Below, piece after piece: positions 15,893-24,428 of a stretch of DNA of 64,000 nt (positions are counted from its first letter, which is position 1; each line of letters opens with the position of its first letter). The translations under genes and the position numbers were made by a program. Below the pieces are notes generated by a model. That model had not been told where the DNA came from. It searched no databases and saw nothing but the letters and a program-made list of their open reading frames with translations. This DNA comes from Solirubrobacterales bacterium (GTDB lineage: Bacteria > Actinomycetota > Thermoleophilia > Solirubrobacterales > 70-9): the NCBI GenBank assembly GCA_035266025.1, contig DATFOB010000009.1, forward strand, positions 454 to 64,453, in the 5' to 3' direction.

Positions 15893-18800
15893 CAGTGGGA
15901 TTCCTCTCTGAGATCAACATGTTGCGGCGGGGAAGGACTCGGTCGAGCGGGGCCGGTACCCGCCAGACCCGATCGCCGAGCAGCAGCATCAGCGCCGGCA
16001 GCAGCACGATCCGGACCACGGTCGCGTCGAGCAGGATCGCCACCGTCAGCCCCACCCCCATCTGGCTCACGGTCGCGATCGGGGCGGCGGCGAAGGCGAC
16101 GAAGACCGCGGCCATGATCGCGGCGGCGCCGGTGATCACCCCGGCCGTCTTCTCGAGCCCGAAGGCGATCGCGGCGCGGTTGTCCCCGTCGACCTCGTAG
16201 CGCTCGCGCATCCGCGCGAGGAGGAAGACCGCGTAGTCGATCGAGAGCCCGAAGGTGACGCCGAAGATCGCCCCCGCCCCGATGGTGTCGATGTAGGGGT
16301 GGCCGCCGAGCGGATAGCCCGCGGGAATCTGGCAGACCAGCGCCATCACCCCGATCGCCGCCGCCACCGAGGCGAGGTTGAGGCCGACCGTCAGCAGGGC
16401 CAGCAGCGGCGCCCGCAGGACCACGATCAGGACGAGGAGGGTGAAGAGGACGAAGGCGCCGATCACCAGCGGCAGCCGCGCTTCGGTCGCTTCGCCGTAG
16501 GTGTTGAGCGTGGCGGCGCCGCCGGTGACGCCGGTCTCCAAGCCGCTCGCCGCCGCCAGCTTCCGTGCGTCGTCGTCGAGCCGCTCGCCGACCCGGCGTG
16601 AGCCGTCGCTGTTGAAGGGGAAGTCGGAGACGACGAGCATCCGCGCCGCCTGGCCGCCTCCGTCGACGCTGATCGCCTCTCCCGCTTCGGCGCGGCGCTG
16701 GGCCGGGGCACCGTCGAGCGCGGAGAGGACGAAGTAGCCGGAGTCGAAGAGGCCGGGCGCCTGGCGGCGGAGTTCGGCGGCGCCGAGGGCGAGGGGAGTT
16801 GCCACGGCGGTCACCCGCCTGCCCGCTCCCGCGAGCTTCGTCTGCAGCGGATAGGCGCGCCGCGAGCCTTCGGAGAGCCCGCTTTGCAGGGTCCCGGCCC
16901 CGCCCTGCAGTTCGACCAGCCCGCCGGCGAGCCGTTCTGCCCCGTCCCCGAGACGGTCGAGGCCAATGCTGAGCCCGCCGGTCGCCTCCGCCAGCTTGCC
17001 GACTCCCACCTCGAGCCGCTCGCCTCCAGGGACGAGCCGGCTGATCCCACTGTTCACCTCCTGGGCGACGTCGCGCAACCGCCGTACTTCGTTGCGGTTG
17101 GCGGCGACGGTGCGGGCGAGGACGCGAGCCTGGTCGGCGAGGGGTTGGAGGGAGGGGTCCTCGGCGGCGGCGCTTTCGAGCTCGCGGGCGAGCTTGCGCG
17201 AGCGCGACTGCTCGCCCCCCCGCAGGCGCGGCACCAGCGAGCGCAGGCCGAGGGCCATGGCGAGGCTGCCGACCGAGACTTCACGCTGACCGTCGGAGAG
17301 GCGCCCGCTGCCGTCCCGTAGGCGGCCGATCGCCGCGGTTGCTTCTTCACCTCGTCGGGCCGCGCGCTTCAGCTCGGAGGCGATCAGCCCGGCTCCGGCC
17401 ACGGCGCGTTCGGAGCCCTGGGCGAGAAGGCCGCTTCCCGCCGCGCCTTCCGCGAGACCTTCGCGCAACTCGCCGACCGCGGCGGCGGCGCGGCGCAGGC
17501 CGGGGCCGAGCCTCTCCAGTTGCTCCGGGCCCGCCATGCCCTCGGCGGTGAGTCCGCCGCCGAGCGACTGCAGCGGCACGGCGCGGCGGGCGACCGACGC
17601 TGGCCCGATCACGGTCCTCACCCCCGGCTGCGCGGCGATCCGCCGCTGCCAGCGGCCGAGCGCGGCGAGATTCTCGCGATTGGTGATCGGGCCCTCGTCG
17701 GTGGCGGCGACGAGGACGAACGGCGCCTCCCAGCCGGGGCCGACGGCGCGGTCGATCCTCTCGGCGCTCCGCCGCGCCTCGTTCGAGGTCGGCAGCTCGT
17801 CGATCCCAGGGGCGCCCGTGGTGAAGGCGAGCACCGGCAGGATCAGCAGGGCCAGCGGAACGGCGACGAGGCACGCAGCCAGGGCCGGCTTGCGCAGCAC
17901 AGCGGTAGCCGCCCCGGCGACGGTGGGCCGTCGTCGGGTCCTCCGCTCCCGGCCGATCCGGCCGGCGTTGATCCGCGGCCCGAGCAGGCCCAGCAGGGCG
18001 GGAACGGCGCCGGTCGAGATGACGACGCTGATCACCGTCACCACCGCGGTTGCGGTGGCGAGCGAGAGCAGCAGAGACCCGGGCTGCAGGAAGGCGGAGA
18101 GGACGAGGGCGACGACCAGGGTGACGCCGGCGAAGAGGGTGGTGCGACCGGCGCTCGCCCGGGTCGCGGCGGCCGCCTGCCAAGGGTCGGGATCCTGCTC
18201 CAGCTCCTCGCGGAAGCGGGAGACGATCAGCAGCGAGTAGTCGACCCCGAGCGCGAGCCCCATCATCGTGCAGACGACGAGGGCCAGGGCGTCGATCGTC
18301 ATTACCTGGCCGAGCAGCGCCAGGACGCCTCGGCCGGCGAAGACGGTGAGGGCGCCGAAGGCGAGCGGGATCGCAGCCGCGACGACCGAGCGAAAGACGA
18401 GCAGGAGGACGAGGATCAGCAACGGCGCCGCCAGCAGCTCCGCCCGCTCCGTCGAGCTCAGAGATTCCTCCTGCAGGGCGCGGGAGACCGAGGCGAAGCT
18501 CGACTGCGTGGCGAGGAGCGGGGGGCCGACCCGCTGCTCCAGCGTGCGTTCCAAGGCGGGCACCGTCACCCTCATCGCCTCCGCAAGTGGTACGTGGAAG
18601 TCGACTATTACCAGGGCCTTGCGCGGAGATGGGCGCAGTGCCGCGACGGGGCCACGGTCCCAGGGGGAGAGGGTCGTCGCGGCACGGTCGCGGCGTAGCG
18701 TCGCGACCAGCTGCGGCCCTTGCCGGTCGACCGCGGCCGCCGGGCCCTCGATCAGGACGATGAACGGTGAAGACTCGCCGAAATGGCTCTGCGCAAGCGC

Positions 18801-18962
18801 TTCACCGTTTGATGCAGAGGTTCCCGGCACTCTCAGGGAGAGCGGCTCCAATTGCTCCTCTACCCCAAGGCCGATAATGCCGAGCACTGCGCAGGCAGCG
18901 AGCACGGCAAGCAGGCCCAAGACGGGCCGGCGATTCCCTGAGACCCGAAGATCCCTCCCCAT
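15885..18962 (-). CDS. MMPL-family (RND-type) membrane transporter with a long heptad-repeat insertion
   Basis: A 1025-aa product with two blocks of about 6 TM helices each (e.g. LGVDYSLLIVSRFREEL, GLSIDYAVFLLARMRE). The central ~230 aa are xxxLxxG-type repeats (GLAEGAAGSGLLAQGS.., LAEATGGLSIGLDRLGDGAERLAGGLVELQGGAGTLQSGLSEGS), as seen in YhgE/Pip-type proteins. Confidence 0.9.
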   Translation of the reverse strand: MGRDLRVSGNRRPVLGLLAVLAACAVLGIIGLGVEEQLEPLSLRVPGTSASNGEALAQSHFGESSPFIVLIEGPAAAVDRQGPQLVATLRRDRAATTLSPWDRGPVAALRPSPRKALVIVDFHVPLAEAMRVTVPALERTLEQRVGPPLLATQSSFASVSRALQEESLSSTERAELLAAPLLILVLLLVFRSVVAAAIPLAFGALTVFAGRGVLALLGQVMTIDALALVVCTMMGLALGVDYSLLIVSRFREELEQDPDPWQAAAATRASAGRTTLFAGVTLVVALVLSAFLQPGSLLLSLATATAVVTVISVVISTGAVPALLGLLGPRINAGRIGRERRTRRRPTVAGAATAVLRKPALAACLVAVPLALLILPVLAFTTGAPGIDELPTSNEARRSAERIDRAVGPGWEAPFVLVAATDEGPITNRENLAALGRWQRRIAAQPGVRTVIGPASVARRAVPLQSLGGGLTAEGMAGPEQLERLGPGLRRAAAAVGELREGLAEGAAGSGLLAQGSERAVAGAGLIASELKRAARRGEEATAAIGRLRDGSGRLSDGQREVSVGSLAMALGLRSLVPRLRGGEQSRSRKLARELESAAAEDPSLQPLADQARVLARTVAANRNEVRRLRDVAQEVNSGISRLVPGGERLEVGVGKLAEATGGLSIGLDRLGDGAERLAGGLVELQGGAGTLQSGLSEGSRRAYPLQTKLAGAGRRVTAVATPLALGAAELRRQAPGLFDSGYFVLSALDGAPAQRRAEAGEAISVDGGGQAARMLVVSDFPFNSDGSRRVGERLDDDARKLAAASGLETGVTGGAATLNTYGEATEARLPLVIGAFVLFTLLVLIVVLRAPLLALLTVGLNLASVAAAIGVMALVCQIPAGYPLGGHPYIDTIGAGAIFGVTFGLSIDYAVFLLARMRERYEVDGDNRAAIAFGLEKTAGVITGAAAIMAAVFVAFAAAPIATVSQMGVGLTVAILLDATVVRIVLLPALMLLLGDRVWRVPAPLDRVLPRRNMLISERNPTGA

Positions 18963-19063
18963 TGGACGGAGAGTCTACTTGACCGGTATGCAGTCAGCGG
19001 TACGTCATGGTTCTAATTGAGCGATGATCGCACGAGCGTCGGCGACCACAGCCAGACCACGGA

Positions 19064-19852
19064 TCAGCTCCGCGCCCGGCAGCTGCGCACCGTCTCGATT
19101 TCGGCCTCACGGCCGCCCGCGAAGCTGTAGGTGGCGCTGGCGAAGGCGGCGAGGCCGGCGGTGAAGCTGGGCGGCACCGGGCAGGTGGCGCTGATGTAGC
19201 TGCGCTGACGGCCGCGGTAGGAAAAGCGGCGGAAGAGGGTGAGGTCGAAGACCGCGAGGCGCGGCAGCGGGCCCACCGAGCGCGGCACCGCCGCGACCAG
19301 GGTCGTCGGGAAGGCCCTCCCCGCCGGGTGGACGACGAAGGGCAGGACCAGGGAGATCGGGGGGTCAGAGGAGAACGCGTGGACCCAGATCGCCCGGCGC
19401 CCGGCGGCGGTGCGGCCGTTGAATGCCAGCAGGTGCGTGTCGATGGCGAACGAGGCCTGGCCGGGGATGACCACCTGGGCCCCGAGCGAGCCCCGCCCCA
19501 CCAGGGCCGGCCCGCAGCGGTACAGCGCCTGCCGGTCATTGGCGTTTTGCAACCTGGACCGCGGGCAGACGGCGAGCCCACGGGTGAACAGCACGCCCGG
19601 GCCCGCAAGCCCGATCTCGACCCGCCTCACCCGCGGCAACGGCGAGCCGTCGGCGGTGCCGACCCTCCCTTCCAGGTGCACGGCCACCGGCGCCGGACGC
19701 TGGCGAGGAAGCTCGAGTGGATCGATGCCGCCGTTCAGGACGACGACGAGATTGCCGCTCTGGCTGCGTTCGCCACGGGCGAAGCCGGGCACCAGCGTCA
19801 CGGCCAGTGCCGCCAGGACGGCCAGCGTTCCCAAGTACGATCGCACCGCCAC
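19064..19852 (-). CDS. Secreted protein comprising one copy of the Cys-bearing module repeated in the 1288-aa neighbour
   Basis: GTG start and signal peptide VRSYLGTLAVLAALAVTLVPGFARG. The segment VEIGLAGPGVLFTRGLAVCPRSRLQ..YRCGPALVGRGSL parallels the modules of 20559..24428. Confidence 0.6.
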   Translation of the reverse strand: MAVRSYLGTLAVLAALAVTLVPGFARGERSQSGNLVVVLNGGIDPLELPRQRPAPVAVHLEGRVGTADGSPLPRVRRVEIGLAGPGVLFTRGLAVCPRSRLQNANDRQALYRCGPALVGRGSLGAQVVIPGQASFAIDTHLLAFNGRTAAGRRAIWVHAFSSDPPISLVLPFVVHPAGRAFPTTLVAAVPRSVGPLPRLAVFDLTLFRRFSYRGRQRSYISATCPVPPSFTAGLAAFASATYSFAGGREAEIETVRSCRARS

Positions 19853-19875
19853 CGACCTTAGCGGGCTGCTTGGGC

Positions 19876-19902
19876 GGGGACCGGCGCCAAGCGCCGGTCC
19901 CC
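19876..19902 (-). terminator. Perfect 12-bp GC hairpin between the small secreted-protein gene and the next gene
   Basis: GGGGACCGGCGC-caa-GCGCCGGTCCCC lies 14 nt after the stop at 19916 and 24 nt before the next start at 19852. There is no clear U-tract. Confidence 0.45.
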
Positions 19903-19915
19903 TTGCCCTGACGGG

Positions 19916-20446
19916 TTATTTGAGGATTACCGGGACGCCTCCGATGGTGAGCGCGAAGGTACCCGAAAAGTATTGGGTACCACAGAGCCCCCCATCTAGT
20001 TTCACATTATTGAAGGTAATTTCGTTCGACCCCAATATGTAGGTGAAAGGGAGGGCAGCGCCTGAATATCGGCAATGGACCACCGACACCATTTCGTACG
20101 ACATCGATACGGTTCCTTTACCGGGAGTCGTACTGGTGAAACTATTCCATCTCGGTTCGACGGTGTAAAAGGGGTACGACCCACTACATTCACGGGTGGT
20201 GCCAGCCGCTGCGGAAATGCCTTCGACGGTAGTCCCGTCGTTTTTGGTGATCTGCTCTTGCACCGTCCATTCACTGCACTGGCCAAAACTGGTGATAACT
20301 TTATGGCTCACAGCATTGAAATTCACGCCGACCGGGAGCAATTTACCCCCATATTCGAGCCTTGAAGCACTGGCCACCGCCGGGACGGCGAGGGCAATAA
20401 CGGCAACCAGCGCCAGCAGTAATGCCGGCTTCCTCAGTGATCTCAT
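19916..20446 (-). CDS. Small secreted Cys-containing protein (unknown family), markedly lower G+C
   Basis: A 176-aa product with signal peptide MRSLRKPALLLALVAVIALAVPAVASA. An AAGGA RBS lies 9 nt upstream of the ATG. The protein has 4 Cys and is beta-rich and Thr/Ser/Gly-rich. Confidence 0.7.
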   Translation of the reverse strand: MRSLRKPALLLALVAVIALAVPAVASASRLEYGGKLLPVGVNFNAVSHKVITSFGQCSEWTVQEQITKNDGTTVEGISAAAGTTRECSGSYPFYTVEPRWNSFTSTTPGKGTVSMSYEMVSVVHCRYSGAALPFTYILGSNEITFNNVKLDGGLCGTQYFSGTFALTIGGVPVILK

Positions 20447-20558
20447 TTATCTATCCTTGTTCAATCGTCCCGCGGGCGAGCTGCGCCCGTTTGATCGGGA
20501 CTCGTTTTTATTGCTCGCATGCGGGTCCCCTGCCCACAGACGCTTTTGAGAAGGCCTG

Positions 20559-23500
20559 TTACTGCTTGTGCTTATCGCGCGGCTTCTTGCACCGGGCTTG
20601 CAGCGACGAGGAGAAGTTGTGTGCCTTGCCGTTCTGGCCTTCCATCTTCACCGCGGCCTTGTGGGTTCCCCGGCAGAGGTTGGTCGAGTTGACCAGCAGT
20701 CCCTTCCTGCCACCCTGCATGCGCAGGACGAACTTGGAGACGGGGGCATCGGGCAACAGCTCGAAGCTGTTGCGGATGCCATCGTTTACCGAGTCCACAT
20801 AGCCGGTGAGCTCGACCTCGACCGGCTGGCTCGCGGGTCCTCTGAGCGCCGCGACCAGGTCCGGCAGTTCGCGTTCGCCACCGTTCGAGCGCAGGTAGAC
20901 CGGCCCCCGCAGCGGCTGGTCGAGGAGCGGGGTGACCGCTTCGGCGTGGCCGTAGATCGCCCCCTTGGGGCATGCGTCGGCGGCGAACTGCACCCTCGTG
21001 CAGATCGTCCTGATGTGGTTCTGGTCGAGGAACTCCGAGTGCGGGAGGGCGACGGAGACCCGGCCGATGTTGGCCTGGCCCGAGGGTTGGGTCAGGGTCG
21101 CGACCAAGGCCGGGTGGCCGTTGCGCCTGGTGCCGCCCTTCAGTGCCAGCTTCAGCTTCGGGGAGAACTTGAGCTTGTCGCAGCCTCCCACCTGGAAGCG
21201 GTTGGAGGGAGTTGCGGTGGCGCCGTCGGAGCTGCCGAGGCTGGCCGAGGCGGACATCGGTTCGCAACTGGTCGGATTGAGCATGAAGCGATCGCGGTCG
21301 ACCTGGATCGCTACCGAGCGCAGCTTCAGCGGGATCCCTTTGAGCATCGTCGGGACCGGATCGGATTTGACCGTCAGCTGTGCGCTGTCGGGGTCGATGT
21401 AGAGCGGCGCCCTGATGACGACGTTGCCGAGGTCGAAGGGGCCGGCCACGCCGGGGGTAATCACGACGGCGCTGATAGGGGCGCCCTTGTAGGGGCCGGC
21501 GAGATAGACGTTGCCGCCGACGTGGACAGGTTCGTCGCCGACGCCGGCGGCGGTGTCGACCTTGCCGAGGCGACCGGCGGCCGGGCAACTCGGGGCGGCC
21601 TGCTCGGCTTTTCCGCTCCTGCCTTCAGCCGTCGCGATCGCGGCATCGGAGCAATAGGGGATGCCGGCGAGCTTGCCGATCAGGCCCTTGGGCAGGGTGA
21701 AGTCGAGGCTCTTCAGTTCCTGTTCGCCGTCCCTGCGGGCGACATTGATCACCATGGGGCTGTAGGCGCCGGCCTGGGTGCCGGTGGTGCCGGCTTCGAA
21801 AGACGGCGCGAAGGGGCGGGTTGCCGCCGAGGCAGAGCAGCCGCCGCTGACGTTGAAGCCCGCTTCCTCGATCTGGGCCGGGGGGCCCGATTCCGGGGCC
21901 GACCAAGGGGTCAGTGATCCGGTGGTCTTGTAGTGGCCGCAGACTTCGGGGGTGGCCAGCTGCGCGGTCGGTCCGCCGCTGAAGTGCAGGGTGACGTCTT
22001 CGAACGGCAGCTGCGGATTGTGGTCGAAGGTCGCGGTCAGTTGTCCCGTGGAGGGGTCGATCTCGACCTTGCCGGGCAGCTTTACCTCGATCCCGTATCT
22101 GGGACTGTCGATCGTCAGGTAGAGCGCGATCAAGGAGTTGAACGGATTTTCTTCCTGGGCGGCGAGGTAGATCGTGCCGTCTAGTTCCTCTTCCAAGAGG
22201 GGCGTCTTGACCTCGACGGTGCCGAGCTTGGAGCCGTCGGGGCAGGTGGGTGGAGCTTCGTTGAAACGGGTCGGGTTGGGCAGTGCCCCCGCTCCCAGGT
22301 AGCCGATCTGCGCCTCGGTGCAGGCTTGCAGGCCATTGGCCGAGGAGGGGTTGAGGCTCAGGCCCGCCGGCAAGGTGACCACTGCCTTGTCCAAGGGGGG
22401 CTCGGCCAGTTTGCCCGGTTCGGTGAGGCGCTCCTGGGGGATGTGGAGATGGGCGGTGGCGCCGGTCGGACTCGAGCCCTGAGTCGTGGTCGGCTGAAAA
22501 TCGAGGGAGGGGGCAAATTCCAGTTTGTCGCAGCCAGTCACCGGAGGAAGGGTCTGCTGCAGAGGAAACGAGTAAATATCAGGTTCCTGCCAGGTGTCAC
22601 TGCTGGTGCTCCACGCAGGCGCTTGGCGCGCCTCTTCGGCGCAGGCGCTGGAGTTCGTCAGGAACGCCTTTCCGTGGGCGCCGGCTGGTTCGCCTTTGAA
22701 TGCCGAATAGGCACCGAAGACCTTATCGTACGTGGGGATATTGGGAGCGAGGATCCGCACCCCAAAGTCTTCTGAGCTGCGTACCGAGCCCAGCAGGTGC
22801 AGCAACGGGTACGTAACGAAGGTGGTGAACTCCGCCGCGTAGCCCTGCGCGGGGATGTCGTTGAAGACCCGAGAGGGGTTAGAGAACTGGGCGCCGAAAC
22901 GCCCCGCCACGGGACGGAACTCGCCGATGTCCATTTCGGTGTTGCACGATGGGGTGGGCGTTACCTGGCTCTGTGGACAGCGCTGGGTCACCGATGGGTT
23001 TCCGAGAAGGCCCGATGGCAGGTCAACGATCACGTTCTTGAGATCGCTGGCGGGGATGATTTTGCCGCTTGGCGAGCGTACGGTGTTGAACAGCAAATAA
23101 TTTTGCACGCTGGCGGGGTGGGCGCCAGCCTGGGTTTCGAGGTTGCCGTCGGAGTCGAATGCGCCGGCCCAAAACGCCTGCGGCCCCGCAGGCGCCTCCT
23201 GAGTGGAGATGGCGATCGGCATCTGGTAGGTTGCCGAGCCGGCGCCACCGCCCGAGATGCTGACTGGGACACTGGTCCCGGGTACAGCGTCCGGTTCCAC
23301 CTTGACTGGGATCCGGATCCCTATCGCCGCATTGGCGCCCGGTACCGAGACGCTCGACGTGCAGACGACGGTGCTTTCGCCAGGCCCCCCGGGGCAGCTC
23401 CAAGCTTCGTCTTCGAGGTCCGGGCCCGGACTGCTCGTGCCCGGACCGGTGGTGACGATGCCCGGCGGCAGCGGGCCGAGCTTGACTTCGCTCTGCCCGC

Positions 23501-24428
23501 TGGTCGCGAGAGCGCCGATGTTGGTCGGCATGATGGCGATTTCGCCCGTGCCACGACCTCCCGGGAGGGTGGTGAAGACGTGGACCGCAGCGTGCTCGCC
23601 GTCCAGGCCGCTGCCGTCGGCGCCGAGCGCGTCGATGTCCTCGTCGGCGAATGGGCCGTCGAAGGATACGAAGTAGGGGTGTTCGGCGTTCCCGCCAGGG
23701 CCGCCGGTGACCGCGAACATGCCCGGACTCGCGCCGGGCAGGGCCTCGAGGGCGTCCTGCACTACCTCGGCCGAGGCATCGAACGGGAGCGGCGCGGTGG
23801 TCCCTGAGGTGGTCAGGGCGACGGTGCCGCCGCCACTCGGATTGTCGGAGAGGGTGAGGGTGTCTGGACCCACGGCGACGATCGTGGTCCCAGGCGCGAT
23901 GCCCGGACCGGCGATGCCCTGGCCGACGCTGAACTGACCCAGGGAAGTCGTGACCGCGGTCACTTCCTTGGAGGCGCTTTCCACGAAGGTGAATCCTGAG
24001 CTGGTTGCGTTGTCAGATAGTTCCAACACCGGTTCCGTCGACGTACCCGAGATGCCGAGGATGGTCGTGCCGGCCGGGATTCCTTCTCCGCTTACCAGGC
24101 GGCCGACTTCGAAGGTGCCCGTTGGAAAGAACACCGGCACCTGGTTGCTACCTTCGGTGGTTATCGCGAATCCGCTCGCAAAGCCGAGGGTTCCTTCCCC
24201 TTTGGCCATGGTCGCGGCAAGCGTAAAGTCGCCACCTTCGGCTTCCACCGCGATCCGCTGGGTCTCCGACTGGGTCGGCGGCAGGTTGGTCGGGCCGGTG
24301 ACCGCGACCAGCTTCCACGCAGACGAGGCGGCATGAGCGATGCCGGCGCTGCCCCAAAGGACGGCGAGACAAAGCGCCAAGCTAAGCGTCGCCACGTGCA
24401 ACCTCGGAAGGTTCCTCAGCTGGATCAC
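20559..24428 (-). CDS. Large secreted protein (1288 aa) with four repeats of a Cys-bearing module
   Basis: Signal peptide LHVATLSLALCLAVLWGSAGIAHA. The GTG start forms a GTGA overlap with the upstream stop. Repeated pattern: hxhxLPxGhxxNP..C..Q......CPxG..hG.h.h.TPLL...L.G.hYL (VIVDLPSGLLGNP.., AVVTLPAGLSLNP.., LDFTLPKGLIGKL.., VSVALPHSEFLDQ..). The C-terminus is basic (CKKPRDKHKQ). Confidence 0.8.
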   Translation of the reverse strand: MIQLRNLPRLHVATLSLALCLAVLWGSAGIAHAASSAWKLVAVTGPTNLPPTQSETQRIAVEAEGGDFTLAATMAKGEGTLGFASGFAITTEGSNQVPVFFPTGTFEVGRLVSGEGIPAGTTILGISGTSTEPVLELSDNATSSGFTFVESASKEVTAVTTSLGQFSVGQGIAGPGIAPGTTIVAVGPDTLTLSDNPSGGGTVALTTSGTTAPLPFDASAEVVQDALEALPGASPGMFAVTGGPGGNAEHPYFVSFDGPFADEDIDALGADGSGLDGEHAAVHVFTTLPGGRGTGEIAIMPTNIGALATSGQSEVKLGPLPPGIVTTGPGTSSPGPDLEDEAWSCPGGPGESTVVCTSSVSVPGANAAIGIRIPVKVEPDAVPGTSVPVSISGGGAGSATYQMPIAISTQEAPAGPQAFWAGAFDSDGNLETQAGAHPASVQNYLLFNTVRSPSGKIIPASDLKNVIVDLPSGLLGNPSVTQRCPQSQVTPTPSCNTEMDIGEFRPVAGRFGAQFSNPSRVFNDIPAQGYAAEFTTFVTYPLLHLLGSVRSSEDFGVRILAPNIPTYDKVFGAYSAFKGEPAGAHGKAFLTNSSACAEEARQAPAWSTSSDTWQEPDIYSFPLQQTLPPVTGCDKLEFAPSLDFQPTTTQGSSPTGATAHLHIPQERLTEPGKLAEPPLDKAVVTLPAGLSLNPSSANGLQACTEAQIGYLGAGALPNPTRFNEAPPTCPDGSKLGTVEVKTPLLEEELDGTIYLAAQEENPFNSLIALYLTIDSPRYGIEVKLPGKVEIDPSTGQLTATFDHNPQLPFEDVTLHFSGGPTAQLATPEVCGHYKTTGSLTPWSAPESGPPAQIEEAGFNVSGGCSASAATRPFAPSFEAGTTGTQAGAYSPMVINVARRDGEQELKSLDFTLPKGLIGKLAGIPYCSDAAIATAEGRSGKAEQAAPSCPAAGRLGKVDTAAGVGDEPVHVGGNVYLAGPYKGAPISAVVITPGVAGPFDLGNVVIRAPLYIDPDSAQLTVKSDPVPTMLKGIPLKLRSVAIQVDRDRFMLNPTSCEPMSASASLGSSDGATATPSNRFQVGGCDKLKFSPKLKLALKGGTRRNGHPALVATLTQPSGQANIGRVSVALPHSEFLDQNHIRTICTRVQFAADACPKGAIYGHAEAVTPLLDQPLRGPVYLRSNGGERELPDLVAALRGPASQPVEVELTGYVDSVNDGIRNSFELLPDAPVSKFVLRMQGGRKGLLVNSTNLCRGTHKAAVKMEGQNGKAHNFSSSLQARCKKPRDKHKQ

